From Somniosus microcephalus (Eukaryota), in assembly GCA_052327205.1 (NCBI GenBank), contig CM126221.1, positions 54,064,001 through 54,128,000 of the forward strand: a stretch of 64,000 nt of DNA, written 5' to 3'. Of this stretch, positions 1 to 12,409 are shown piece after piece. Both the position numbers and the translations under genes were made by a program. Position 1 is the first letter of the stretch, and each line of letters begins with the position of its first letter. The notes under the pieces were generated by a model. It ran no database searches, had not been told where the DNA came from, and saw nothing but the letters and a program-made list of their open reading frames with translations.

Positions 1-156
1 TGCTGCCAGACTGGGCTTTCAATTCCCACTCCCGCCTTTGTTGGGCCAACACTCCCATCAGAGTTTGGTGCATTCTTGGATTTGAATACTTTGGAGGAGG
101 GACCGAGTTACTGGTGGTGAGAGAACGAACAGCAGGGAGGGGGGAGCTGCAGTTCG

Positions 157-215
157 GCAATAAATGCTGGCCTCGCCAGCGACGCCCGCATCGCGTGAAT
201 GAATAAATAAAAAAA
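157..215 (+). mobile_element. 3' tail of a non-LTR retrotransposon (same family as 21625-22285)
   Basis: gcaataaatgctggcctcgccagcgacgcccgcatc...gaatgaataaataaaaaaa is the reverse complement of the end of the 21.6 kb element. Confidence 0.7.
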
Positions 216-221
216 TTAAAA

Positions 222-465
222 AGCTGAAGTGTTTGGATGACGTCGGATGAGGGGCAGCATATAGATGAAAAATAGAGGGATTGATCCTTCGGGGACTCCA
301 GAGGTAATTGTGTGAGAGTGAGAAGAGAAGCCATTGCAGGAGATTCTCTGGCTACGACTGGATAGATAGGAATGGAACCAGGCGAGGGCAGGCCCATCTA
401 GCTGTTCAACGGAGGAGAGTTGTTGGAGGAGGATGGTGTGGTCAACCGTATCAAAGTTGGAAGTA
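222..465 (-). mobile_element. L2-clade LINE RT fragment
   Basis: Minus strand reads LDGPALAWFHSYLSSRSQRISCNGFSS..TITSGVPEGSI. Confidence 0.75.
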
Positions 466-908
466 CAGGAGGGGCCGTGTGCACGGGCAGGGGCCGTGTA
501 TCCGGTCGGTCTTAATTAAAACTCAACTTATTTTCAATTAAAACTCAATTTATTTAATTTGATAGACCAGGAGGGCATTACTGAAGAGAGTGTTTGCAGA
601 GGTTTGCATTCCCCTTGGCTGCGGCCCTGAATACACTGCTGTGCAGGAAGTGAGAGTTGCACAGCACTCCCTCGTGCAGTGTGAGGAGAGCTGGCTTGAT
701 GCTTTGTGCCCCCAGCCCTCTGCTGCTACCTCCCACTTGTCATGCTCTCTCTGAGGGGGCTTGTCCCTGGGCTGCTGTCGCTCTGTGACTCTAGCATTCT
801 TCTTTGGGGTCCAAATGCTTTTCTTAATGCGCTAGAAACAGTGAGATGGAGCGCGCTCTCTCCCAACCAACCTGGGAAGTTTCCAGTTTGAGAGTCGCTC
901 GATGCAGC

Positions 909-1051
909 GATCCTCCGCTGACTCTCAGCGTTCAGTGCTGTCGGGCACAGGTCTCTAGTGATCCTCCGCTGGCTCTCAGAGCTGTCGGGCACAGGTCTCT
1001 AGTGATCCTCCGCTGGCCCTCGGCGCTCATTGCTGTCGGGTACAGGTCTCC
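909..1051. repeat. Short tandem repeat, 3 imperfect copies of a ~44-51 bp unit
   Basis: gatcctccgctg...gctgtcgggcacaggtctctagt repeated. Confidence 0.85.
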
Positions 1052-2423
1052 AATTCATCTTTTTTGAAGTCATTTGCTCCACATTTGCTGTTTATTTTGT
1101 AACTGCTTATGTGAAGCAACTGACTAAAGTGGCACTCCTCACTGCAAAACTGTTTCATGAGTTTTCACCCGACATCCTGCTGGCATTACCTACATCTCCC
1201 ACTTCCCTCTCTGCCCCTTGGCTTTAGGAATGGGATAGAGTGAATCTGTGGTGCTGCCTGACTTGTTTACTCTAACTTTAAATGGCTCAGCAGATGTTCC
1301 CAGCCACTCAGTATTTGAATATCCCAGTGCATGCGGTGAATTGCTTCACTGGACAGCATTTGAGTTTTTATACCTACTGCTTGGTCATAATTACAAAGGC
1401 GGAGGGTTTTTCCCCATATCACAGGTCGAGCTACCCAATGAAAATAGATCCTGTTACTGCATGTGAATGGTTTGCTCCAGTCCAGTCTGTGACCCAGGTG
1501 CAACACAAGGGGAGGGGAAGTGGGAATTTGTTTGTACTGTGGTAAAGGGGAAGCCCACTCACTTAATCTTGGAGTTCTTGAGATTCCCACTCCCACTGGG
1601 CCAACACTCCCATCAGACTTTGGTACAAAGCGTTTTATTCTGTCTTGCACCCTCTGACCCATTCTTGGATTTGAATACTTTGGAGGAGGGTCTGAGTTAA
1701 TGGGTTCTGTGGTCTTGGCTTCAGTCAATGTTGCTGCACCTGCAAGTGGAAAAAAATGTCTATCAGTGGCAAAGATGGATCTTTCAGTGGGAAAGATGGT
1801 TGTCATGCTGACTGGTGAGGTGAAGACCAGTTGCTACTAGCTATTTAGTGATTTACAGGTACAGTACTAGTTGAAATGTGCAAATTGTAGCTGTGAGATA
1901 ACTATATCAGAGAGCTTTCACATGTTTGCTAAATGTTATAGGGGTGTACATTTTTCACCATCAAGGTCCTGGTGTGTAAACGTGCCAACTTGTAGATTTT
2001 AAAGATTTGTGTCCTATAGTTACTGGTGATGTTCTGTAATGGCTGCTGTATAGAGTAATGTGACATTCGTGGTAACGCTCAGTTCACTATATGATGTGTC
2101 AGTCCCATGTGCACATCCGGTTTGTTTGTAGAATTTCTTGTATCTCAGCAGGGGAGTGAGTGCTGCTGTTTTTTGGCAGACACTTGAATAAGTGGACAAG
2201 AAAGTGAGGCTGATGTTGCAGGGAATTCCCCAGCCCTGGGAATATTTCATGGGATACAGCCTCTGCCTGACTAGACAGGATAAGTTAACCGGATTTTACA
2301 CTGGGCAATTTGTGAGTGCTTTGTAGTTGGCCTATATATACACTGTGGTTTCATATTGCTCTACCGTCTACCTTCTGAGCTGGGTCCTTGCTTGTTATTG
2401 GCTGTGTATTGATATTCAGTGTT

Positions 2424-2600
2424 GGGGGCCTGCTTCCTGTTACTATTCTCGTGCCTCCCTTCAGGGGCCTGCTTCCTGTCTGTATGTGCTATGCTGTGTC
2501 GGGGCTCTGGCATCCTGTTTGTATGCATTATGCTGTGTCGTGGCCCTGGGGCGTCCTGCTTGTATGTGTTATGCTGTGTCAGGGCCCTGGTGTCCTGTTA
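2424..2600. repeat. Degenerate ~40 bp tandem repeat
   Basis: tcctgtytgtatgtgytatgctgtgtcrgggcyctgg units. Confidence 0.7.
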
Positions 2601-5466
2601 CTTGAGCTTGGCATTTAATTTCTCAGTACTACTGTTTAAAAAAAAAATTAAAATGTTTCACTGCATTAATCTGTAAAGCGCAAATGACTTTCCTTTCACA
2701 TCTGCTTCCATCAAAGATATTGAGTGCCTTCCAATTGCAAAGCTTCGTGTGTTGTACTGAATGCTCTTAACAATTCTGCATGTGTGCAAGCAAGGCTGAG
2801 GACCAGTGATCTGTTGGACCATTGCTGTTTTCTGTCCCATAACATTCTCTGCACTAATAATTCAAACTAGCAAGCGGCTGATTGAGGCACAAACTCTGGG
2901 AATTATGGGGTTCGGTGCCTGGGTTTCAGATCTCTGGGAGAGTGATTGCTTTTACTATTGAAACACAGAGGAGCGAGCGTTCTGGGGAATTGGAGAGAAG
3001 AAAAAGTCAACCCTGAGCCACATTACAATAGAATGCAGTTATTAACATCAGAATCTGGTGGCCAAAGAGATCCCCCTCACCCCAGTTTTCTTTCTTCGGA
3101 GTTCCACGGAACCCAGTAGTTCCTCACCCAAATGGCCATTCTTTGTGTGTTGGCTGGCTGTTTGACTGTGGAGGATGGCTCTGATTCTGGCTTCAGCCAG
3201 CTACATGAGCAAGGGCTGCCTTTAGTGATCAAGGGTAAACCCTGGCCAGTTTTTGCACTCGGCACAGCCGGAGGATCGAAGGTGGGACCTGCTGGTCTTT
3301 GGCTCAGTACTACACCACACGATGACTTCACCCACAGCTGTTGGAGTGCGGTCAGATTTTATCTTGTTTGTGAACATCAATTAAAAAAAATAAAAAAATA
3401 ATTGCTTTTCTGGTTCCCATGCTACTCGATGAAAGTGTAGGTTTCAGTTGGTTGAAGCCAAGCCCCTCCAACCGATGGTGGGTTATCTGTCACTGTATCT
3501 GCTGAAATTGTTCCATTCCTCTATGAATTCTTAAACCCATGGCAGAGTTTCAAGTTGATTACAAAGGCCTTTGGGAAGTTGAAGAATCGAGGTACGTACA
3601 GATAGCGTGAAATCTTGGGCTAATATTCCCTCTCCTGTCTTCTTACATTGTAACTGAAAGCAAAGGGTCAAAACTTAAACCATTTCCATTGAATAAAAAT
3701 GACCTTTCTGGGTGTCATTTTTGATTTGGGTGGAGGACACGGCGGCAGCAGGAGGGAGTTGATAAAACGGCTTTTTAGATTTAAAAAAAAAACAAAAAAA
3801 ATATGTGGAATGGCTGGAGAGTCGAATGGAGATAAAGCTATAGTTAGATGCACAAGACAGGTGAGACTGGAGATATGGACTTGTGTGCGAGTGGGAGAGA
3901 GGTTTTAAAGAATCATTCACACACTGGTGGGATAGAGTTTGCCATACACTTCCTGGGGTGATTGGCGGTGAGGAAGGAAGTAGGTGTTAAAGGATGTTTT
4001 TGGGCTTCCTGCAGCGTTAATGATCTTCTTTTGCAGTAATTGACTCTGCTGCTGACCTTTGACCTCCCGTGAACAGCAAGGCATGTGCCACTGTTGACTG
4101 GTGGAATAAGTACTGTTGCCGTGGCAATTGGCTCAGACAAATCAATGTATTCAGCTTTGAAAATGCAGGATGCACAGTACATCAGTGCCTTGGTTCAGTG
4201 AGAACACTGCCATCGTCTGCAAGTCTCAAAACTGCAACCATCAGTTGGAATTAAAAATGTAAACTTGTACCAACATTTTACTGTTCTTTATTGAGAATCC
4301 AAACTAAGGAATGAATATTCGTGTGAACAATTCGCCCTCCCAACAAGCTAGTTTGCTTATCACTTGTCTGCATGGATGAGAGCATAGTTCATCGTTGGCA
4401 GCCATTTTAGTTGTGTAAATTTCTAAAATTTAGTGATTCCAATTTTAAAATAGAAACGACCCTGTTCAAACTGTGCGGGTGATGGTCTGGTTTAAGTAAG
4501 GACAGTGTTTACATTTACAAAGTCTACATTACCTCCTATAATCTGTGTTTAACTATTTTAAAATTGTTAAAAATATGATTTTTTATAGTTGCACAGGGCT
4601 CTGTCACTGAACCGGGCCCAACTGATTTAATTTTGCCTCTGGTCGAAATACATTGACGTAAATGAGATTGTTGCGTCTGCTGTAGTGTCAGCTGCTGCTC
4701 AGGATACACGCACAGCCAACATCGCTCTGCTCAACCACATGGAGAACTGATCTCTGCTTCTCGTTTTAAATTTGATTGTAAATATTCATTCCAGGTGTAA
4801 GCATGGTTTGAGGTGGAATTTTTTCCAAATCTGCCTCGGGCTTACAGCTTCTCTGATGTGTTAGTACTGCCTCTGTATTGCCGTGGATAGAGGGAGAATC
4901 CCACTAAGAAATTCTGCTGATGCTGTCTTTTTTTATCTGTGCTTCTATGTAGTTTCAAACATTTCTGCAGCAGCTCTTTAAGCTGAGGATGTGAATAGGC
5001 TGACTGCTGCATCCCTGAAAATGGCTGCTCTTCTATCCACTACTAGCAAAGTATAACTGGTGCATCCCTCCCTGCAAATGGCTGCTAGCATTAATGCCTT
5101 AGGCGTTTAAAGGAGGTTTTCAGTAAAAGCAGTTCTGAGCGAGAAGATAAGTTGTGATGAGTATGCAGTGTGTGAACAGATTTTTGACTCTTCACATCCA
5201 CCCAGCTGGTAGTTCTAAAGAGGATTTGTCTGTGGTATTGTTTATTGGAGAGTTTGATTTCCATTACACTACTCTATAACTACTTTCCCTGTTTTGAGAG
5301 AGGTTATATCACAAATCAGACATGAAGTTCGTAACGGTCATCTCCAGATCGTTTTTACGTTGCGTTATAAACTCGAGTTGTGGAGTGGCAGAAGGAAATG
5401 GGAGATTTGTGTTCTTCAATGAATCATGTGCTGTGGTAACTGCAGTGAAAGCCATTCTGTCCTGTA

Positions 5467-5796
5467 CAGGAAACTTTGTGCTATCCGGCACCGACGGGAC
5501 CGAGCTGTTGCCGTCCCATCAAAACTGCCGGACAAACCAGCACTAATGTTGAAACATACGGAGCTTGAGCTCCGTATCTGGCAACAAACCTTGTTACTTA
5601 CAGCTTCTAAACAGTCGGCCGTACCTTGCAAGTGTCTCTGTAGCTTAGCAACAGCTTCAGCGAGACCTTGCAGAGCCTGACTGGTTGGAAAAAAAAAGCA
5701 ACGAGAAGAAAAAAAACCTAGCGAAATGGCTCCTGATTTTTGCCGGTGGCTTGAGCATTCCGGACAGTTAACCTCCGGATGAACCAAAGTTTCCTG
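5467..5796. mobile_element. Tc1/mariner (Tigger/pogo-like) non-autonomous element
   Basis: TA|CAGGAAACTTTGTGCTATCCGG ... CCGGATGAACCAAAGTTTCCTG|TA: imperfect TIRs with TA TSD. Confidence 0.8.
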
Positions 5797-6139
5797 TATT
5801 TGGGAATTTTCAGTGTTCCAGCCAAACCAAGTTGTTGCTGATAAAATTGTGTTGAACACACTTTATTTGAAGAGGGGCGTTAAACGGGATGATGTCTGCA
5901 GTTTATCAAATATGTGGGATGCTGTCCGCTTTGGAACCTGATTCCCCTCTGTCTCTTTTACATGCATGCCCGTCAGCCCGCCTGCACACACCCTCAGTCT
6001 TGGTGTCAATATGTGCGCAGGGGTTCTCTCTGAACCCTTCAGACTTGTGACCACATGTTTGAATTTCGACTGATTCTGCAGCCTGGCCCTGCGACCAGGA
6101 TTATTTAGCCACGGTTCATCGTCCTCTGTTAAGACCTCT

Positions 6140-7815
6140 TAGAAACATAGGAACAGGAATAGACCATTCATTCAGCCCTTCGAGCCTGTTCTGCCATTCA
6201 TTTAGTTCATGGTGGATCTGTACCTTAACTCCATCTACCTACTGTTGCTCCATGTCTCTTGATACCCTTACCCAACAAAAATCTATCAAATCTCAGTTTT
6301 GAAAATTTGCGTGGACCCCCAACATCCAGTGTTTTGGGGATAGTTTTCCAGATTTCCACTACCCTTTTGTGTAGAAAAGGTGCTTCTTGATTTCGCTTCT
6401 GAATGGCCTAGCTTTAATTTTAAGATTATGCCCCTTTGTTCTGGACTCCACCACCACAGGAAATAGTTTCTCTCCTAGCTGCCCAATCTAATCCTTTTAT
6501 CATTTTAAATACCTCGATTAGGTCACCCCTCAACCGTCTTAAACCCGAGGGCATACAAGCTAAGTTTATGCAGCCTGCCCTCATAATTTAACCCTTTTAG
6601 CCTCTATCGTTCTGACGAATCAACGCTGCCCCCTCTCGAAGGACAGTATATCCTTCCTGCGGGGAGGTGCCCAGAACCGAACGCAGTATTCCAGAAGGTC
6701 TCTTGTACAACTGAAGCATAACTTCCTCCCTTTTGTATTTCAGCACCCTTGAGATAAATGTCAGCATTCAGTTAGCCTTTTTGATTACTGTTTGTACTTG
6801 TCACTAGCTTTTACAGATTTTTGTATGTGAGCACCCAAATCCCTTTGCTATTCCACAGCTCCCAGTCTCTTTCTCGCATTCAAAGTGGATGAGCCCTCCT
6901 TGAATTCCATCTGCCATATTTTTGCCCACTCACTTAACCTGTATGTCCCTGAGTAACTTCCTCCTCCCATCCACACAACTTACAGTGCCTCCTAACTCAG
7001 TGTCATATACAACTCTCTATTCCTTTTGTCCTAAGTCATTGATAGATATGGTGAACATATGAGGCCCCAGTAGAGATCCCTGGGGAACACCACTTGTCAT
7101 AGCCTGCCAATCAGAACAAACCCTTTATCCCTACTCTATTTCCAACCAATTATTAATCCATGTTACAAGGTTACCTCCAGTTCCATGCACTTTCCTTATT
7201 GCTAATAATCTCTTGTGCGGGACATTATCAGATGCTTTCTGGAAGTCCATATAGACAGTATCCATAGATACTCCCCAATCCGCCACCTAGTGATCTCAAA
7301 GTTCAAGGTGATTAGTCAGACATGACCTATCCTTCACAAATCTATGCAGACTCTCTGATCAACTGATACTTGTCCAAGTGCTCAGTCACTCTTTCTGTGA
7401 TGATTCCAGCAACTTCCCCATAATTGATAAACTGATAGGTCTGTAGTTACCTGGTTTCCCTCCTTTTCTTCTTAAATAATGGAGTGACATTTGCAATTTT
7501 CCAATCCAAAGGCGCACAATTTTTACATTTAGAAGAGCGTTGGAAAATTATGACTAACGCATCTGCAATTTCCTCACCTATTTTAACACCCTGGGTTAGA
7601 AACCATCAGATCGTGGAGATTTATTGGTCTTAAGTCTCATTATTTTCTCCATTGCCACAAAAAACGTGCATTAATTCCGCTAAGTTCCTCCCGTTGACTT
7701 ATTTTTTGGTTCCTTTGTGCCACTGGTATTTTGTTCACTTCCTCCAATATGAAAATGGATACAAAGTACTCATTTAACAAGTCTGCCACTCTCTTACTAT
7801 CAATTATAGTCTCTC
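6140..7815 (-). mobile_element. Degenerate 5'-truncated CR1 LINE
   Basis: CR1 3' tail (tagaaacataggaacaggaatagaccattc) and broken RT motifs on the minus strand. Confidence 0.85.
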
Positions 7816-9065
7816 CAAGGCTGAGAAGTGGCTGATGTTTGTCTGATACTGCACGGGAAGACGTGGGGTTGCCCCGCAGTTTTTGCTTGGATGTTAAATC
7901 ATTAAACAATTAGAAGTTATATGAATTATTTTAATTTCCTCAATATTAATCCTGGTTTGATAGTTGTATATAACCTCCGTGATTGATTAAACAGACAAAG
8001 CAACAAAGAATATTTTTAGCCTAAGACAAACACATTTATCTCCTGAAATCCCAGAAATCTGTTATTATTGGGATGCTTAGAAAAAGTGCCATTTAATTCA
8101 GAAATCCTGTCTGTTGGCCAATTGCTGTGCTGGTTTTGGCGAGATGTGATAAATTGGAGTTTACAAAATCCTTTGACACTGGTGTGTACGGTTTAAATTA
8201 ATGATAAATTCATGTAATTGTTCCGACGAACATGGGTGTTAAATCATTAAACAATTAGAAGTTATTTGAAGTGTTTTCATTTTCAGTAATTGCTTCACGT
8301 ATTGTCCTGGGAGAAATTGATTTCTGACTGAGCAGGCCGAGGTCTTTGTGTAATAAATGTACTGCTGCCTTGGAGGGAGCATGGCTATCATGTGGAATCT
8401 ACCAGTTGAAAGAATTGAACCAGCACATGGTGATATGTGTTGTGACTGTGGCTGCAGTTTTATACCAATATCAGGTGCTACAGATGCCCAAGAGAATGTG
8501 TGCTCAATGGCTGTGACTAACAGTGGAAGTTGGATGCTCTGTTGTAAACGATCTGCTGGTATTTTTTTTAAACTATCCCCACCTCTACCCCTTTCCTGGA
8601 AGTTCTGATTCTTGCTGGGGTACAGCTCCACAGAAGTGGCAGCTGTTTGGTACCTCACCATAGTGCCCACTGTTGGACTGTAGGTGGGTGACTTTACTGG
8701 TGTGGGGATGACTGGCTGCCCATTGCTGACCTGGCTCAATGTTTTCAGCAGGGGCTGTTGGACAGTGACCAGGAATCCCGGCTTCTTCTCGCCCAGGAAC
8801 ACGAAGCTGATTATAGTGTCCCTACTGCCACTCTGGTGAAAAAGGTGTGTTTTTAATCAAACTGGATTGTGTAGAAAGTGTGTTCCATCCTGAAGGACCA
8901 ATGTGAGCTCGGAGTAAGATGCTCGAGTGGATTGTTGCTTTGGTGGAATGAGCAAAAGGAAATGGGAGCTTGTAGGGGTGGCACAGAAAGTGTTGCACCA
9001 GAGAGTGTTGGTGACTTGCTGGGCTGAGTGTATAGAGCAAGCTCATGCTCTAGAGTTTATTTATA

Positions 9066-9676
9066 GCGCTAGGATTTACTTCTAGAGGGATGGAATTGAA
9101 AAGTAGAGAAGTTATACTGAACTTGTATCGAACCTTGGTTAGACCACACTTGGGAGTACTGTATACAGTTCTGGTCGGCATATTATTAAAAAGGATATAG
9201 AGGCACTGGAGAGAGTGCAAAAAAGAGTTACAAGGATGATATCAGAACTGCGGGTTTGTAACTATCGGGAAAGGATGAACCGGCTGGGTCTCTTGTCTCT
9301 TCTTGAAAAGAGACTACTGAGGGGTAACCTAATAGAGATTATGAAAGATTTTGATAGAGTAGACAGAGAGTGTGTCTCCACCTAAAACTAGAGGCCATCA
9401 ATATAAGATAGTCACCAAGAAACCAAATAAGGAATCCAAAAGAAACTTCTTTATCCCAGAGAGTGGTGAGAATGTGGAACTCGCTACCACGGGGAGTAGT
9501 TGAGGTGAATAGTACAGATGCATCTAAGAGGAAGCTAGATAAACATGAGGGAGAGGGAATTGAGGGTTATGCTGATAGTTAGATGAGGAAGGATGGGAGG
9601 AGCATAAACATCAGCATGGAATGGTTGAGCTGAATGGCCTGTTTCTGTGCTGTATATACTATGTAATTCTATGTAA
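9066..9676 (+). mobile_element. CR1 LINE 3' fragment (same subfamily as 36730-37420)
   Basis: LKSREVILNLYRTLVRPHL.. motif and tail tgaatggcctgtttctgtgctgtatat. Confidence 0.85.
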
Positions 9677-10104
9677 TATGTAAAGCTCCACTAATTGCAG
9701 CCCTCTGTCAGCACAGAGATTGGCATGGTGCAGCTTCAGTGGACTTGATGCACTTTTACCACCACAACAATGGCTAATGATTAAATGTGACAGTGTGCCC
9801 TCCAGGGAACTGTGGCTGACCTTTGATCCTCTCGTTATGTGACGAGAAGTGAGGCTGCAGACCTGGCCTCCTGCTTTCTTTCCGGGTATTAAAGTATTGT
9901 AATAAGCAGAGAACAAGAGACCCTGGGCACGACGAGACGTTGCTCAATGATGCAATTTGAAATATGTGGATGTATTTCTGAGTCTCTGTATTCTGATTAC
10001 AGTGAATAAAGCTGCCAGTGCAGGGAGCATGGCTCTGTTTTGATTTACCTGTAGTATGTATCCAGGCTTCCTAGGAATTTGGTGGAGAGATTCTGGGGAT
10101 GGTG

Positions 10105-10925
10105 AATAGAAACATAGAAGATAGGAGCAGGAGTAGGCCATTCGGCCCCTCGAGCCTGCTCCGCCATTCAATGAGATCATGGCTGATCATCCAAACTCAG
10201 TACCCTGTCCCTGCTTTCTCCCCATATCCCTTGATCCCTATAGAATGATCCTCCGCTGCCACTCGTTTCATGGGCTACCTCATAACGTAACATAAGAAAT
10301 AAGAGCAGGAGTAGGCTATTTGGCCCTTTGAGCCTGCTCTGACATTCAATAAGATCATGGCTGATTATCTAACTCAACTCCACCTTTCTGCACTATCCCC
10401 ATATCCCTTGATTTCCTTGGTATCGGAAAAATCTATCTATCTCTGTCTTGAATATACTCAACGACTGAGCCTCCATAGCCCTCTGGGGTAGAGAATTCAA
10501 AAGATTCACAACCCTTTGAGTAAGAAATCTCTCCTCATCTCAGTCCTAAATGGCCAACCCCTTACTCTGAGACAGTGACCCCTAGCTCCAGATTCCCCAG
10601 CCAGGGGAAACAACTTCTTGGCATCTAGCCTGTCAAGCCCCTCTAAGAATTTTATATGTTTCCATGAGATCACCCCTCATTCTTCTAAACTCTAGGGAAT
10701 ATAGGGCTAGTCTACTCAATCTCTCCTTATAGGACAATCCCCTCATCCCAGGAATCAGTCTGGTGAACCTTTGTTGCACTTCGTCCAAGGCAACTATATC
10801 CTTCCTTGGGTAAGACGACCAAAACTGTACACAGTACTCCAGGTGTGGTCCCACCAAGGCCTCATATAATTCCAGTGAGACTTCTTTACTCTTGTACTCC
10901 AATCCCTTTGTAATAAAGGCTAACC
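10105..10925 (-). mobile_element. Two tandem CR1 3' ends (about 10105-10240 and 10288-10925)
   Basis: ORF 10633-11034 YEALVGPHLEYCVQFWS..RRMRGDL; two separate catagaa/cataagaa tails. Confidence 0.85.
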
Positions 10926-11214
10926 TACCATCTGCAGAATTATTTCTCACACTGGTTTTTATCAAAAAATCCCCTCTTTTTCCCCTTAATGCAGTGTTTG
11001 CTGTAATCTCTGGGTGACTCATTAACCTGTTCAAAATCTATTTCCCTCTGGATTTTCCAATTACACTTACAAATTTCTGTATTTAAAATTAAATCTGGAC
11101 TGATTTTTGGGTGTTTTACAGCTAAGCCTGAGTAACTAGTGGCTATGGGTCTGATCTCTCTCAGTACTTGCAACAAATATTCACTATCTGTAAGTGTGAG
11201 CACAGATGTGACTG

Positions 11215-11300
11215 ACAGTAGAGGAGACTTTCTTCTCAGTCTGGGTTGGATTTAAGTCCAGGTCTCTGAGATGGAAGGACGACTGTACTTCACAAACTAC
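11215..11300 (-). mobile_element. Degenerate tRNA-derived SINE head (LF-SINE-like)
   Basis: Minus strand ccttccatctcagagacctggacttaaatccaacccagactgagaagaaagtctcctct resembles the head at ~17060-17150. Confidence 0.4.
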
Positions 11301-12094
11301 TGCTGAGCTGGTGCAGATTGTTTTCAATGCATTTATAAATGGAGTGAGGCGAAAGAACATTTTGGATTGCAGGAAGGCGACGTCTCTGGATGGTTACGTT
11401 TTAATGGGCCAGTTGTTAGGTGTCTTGGGCTGAAGTTGGGAGTGAAGGGATTACTGAAGGTGCTAGGACAGTGACCACACTGGAACATTAATAAAGCTGC
11501 TGGCACTTTGAGTGTTTGGGGAATTCTGAGAAGGTGGTGGGAGTGGAATGGGATTTGCTGTTCACAGAAATTGCGCATCAAGTTTAATTTTACAGCACTG
11601 GTCTTGTAGTTGGTCGAGTCCCACGAGGAGTGACTGGGAATGGAAATCCATTCAGGCCCTGGCTGCATCATTTATTTATTATACCCTAGATGCTTCAGGA
11701 AGCTGCTGACTATGTTTACTATGAGGGGGACTGATGAGTGTCTCACCCTTCCAGATGGGGCATGTTTATAAGCCCTCTTCTGATATTAATAAAGAGTCCG
11801 ATTAGGCTGTGTTTTGCAATGAAGGACCTTGTCCCTCCATGTTGAAGGGGACTGTTCTATTTTGACAGTCTTAATATTGGAGTCTGGAAGTCACAAATTG
11901 ATGTCACGGCTCAGGACAACCACTTTGATGTTTGATTCAAATCTTTGGGATGGTCTCTGCAATAAAACTAGTTAGCTGTAAGGTTTGTAGGTGGATGCCT
12001 GTTCCCTTTTTATAGTATTTGTGCTGTATGCCTGTTGGGAAACGGTGAGCCCAAATCATTCCTGGAGCCTAGAGACTGCGACTCTGAAGCCAGT

Positions 12095-12390
12095 GTCCCT
12101 TTCAGCCACCATTGTCTGGATCATGTTGAGTGAGCAATCAGGGAGGGGGTGGAGTTGATGTGGAGTTTTTGGTAGAAGCTGAATAATTAAGAATTTGGTC
12201 GTCTTAAGCTGCAGGAAATGTTGGCTCATCCGTGATTTAATGTCACAAGATGGAGATGGTGGTGGGTCGAGGGAAGCGGTGGGTGGAGGGTAGAGCTGGG
12301 TGTTGTCACCATATATGTAGAAGCAGACCACATATCTGAGTGATGTCAACAGAGAGGCAGCATGTAGATGAGGGGGCCAAGGATGAATGA
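12095..12390 (-). mobile_element. L2-clade LINE RT fragment
   Basis: ORF 12056-12349 FYIYGDNTQLY...DIKSRMSQHFLQLK (degenerate YADD). Confidence 0.7.
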
Positions 12391-12409
12391 TTAAGTACTA
12401 GAGTTTAAC

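Noticed and set aside
1267-1806. 179-aa minus-strand ORF (also 8239-8802, 19490-20044 and 31316-31795)
   Set aside because: No recognisable domain or splice structure; lengths compatible with chance in intronic DNA
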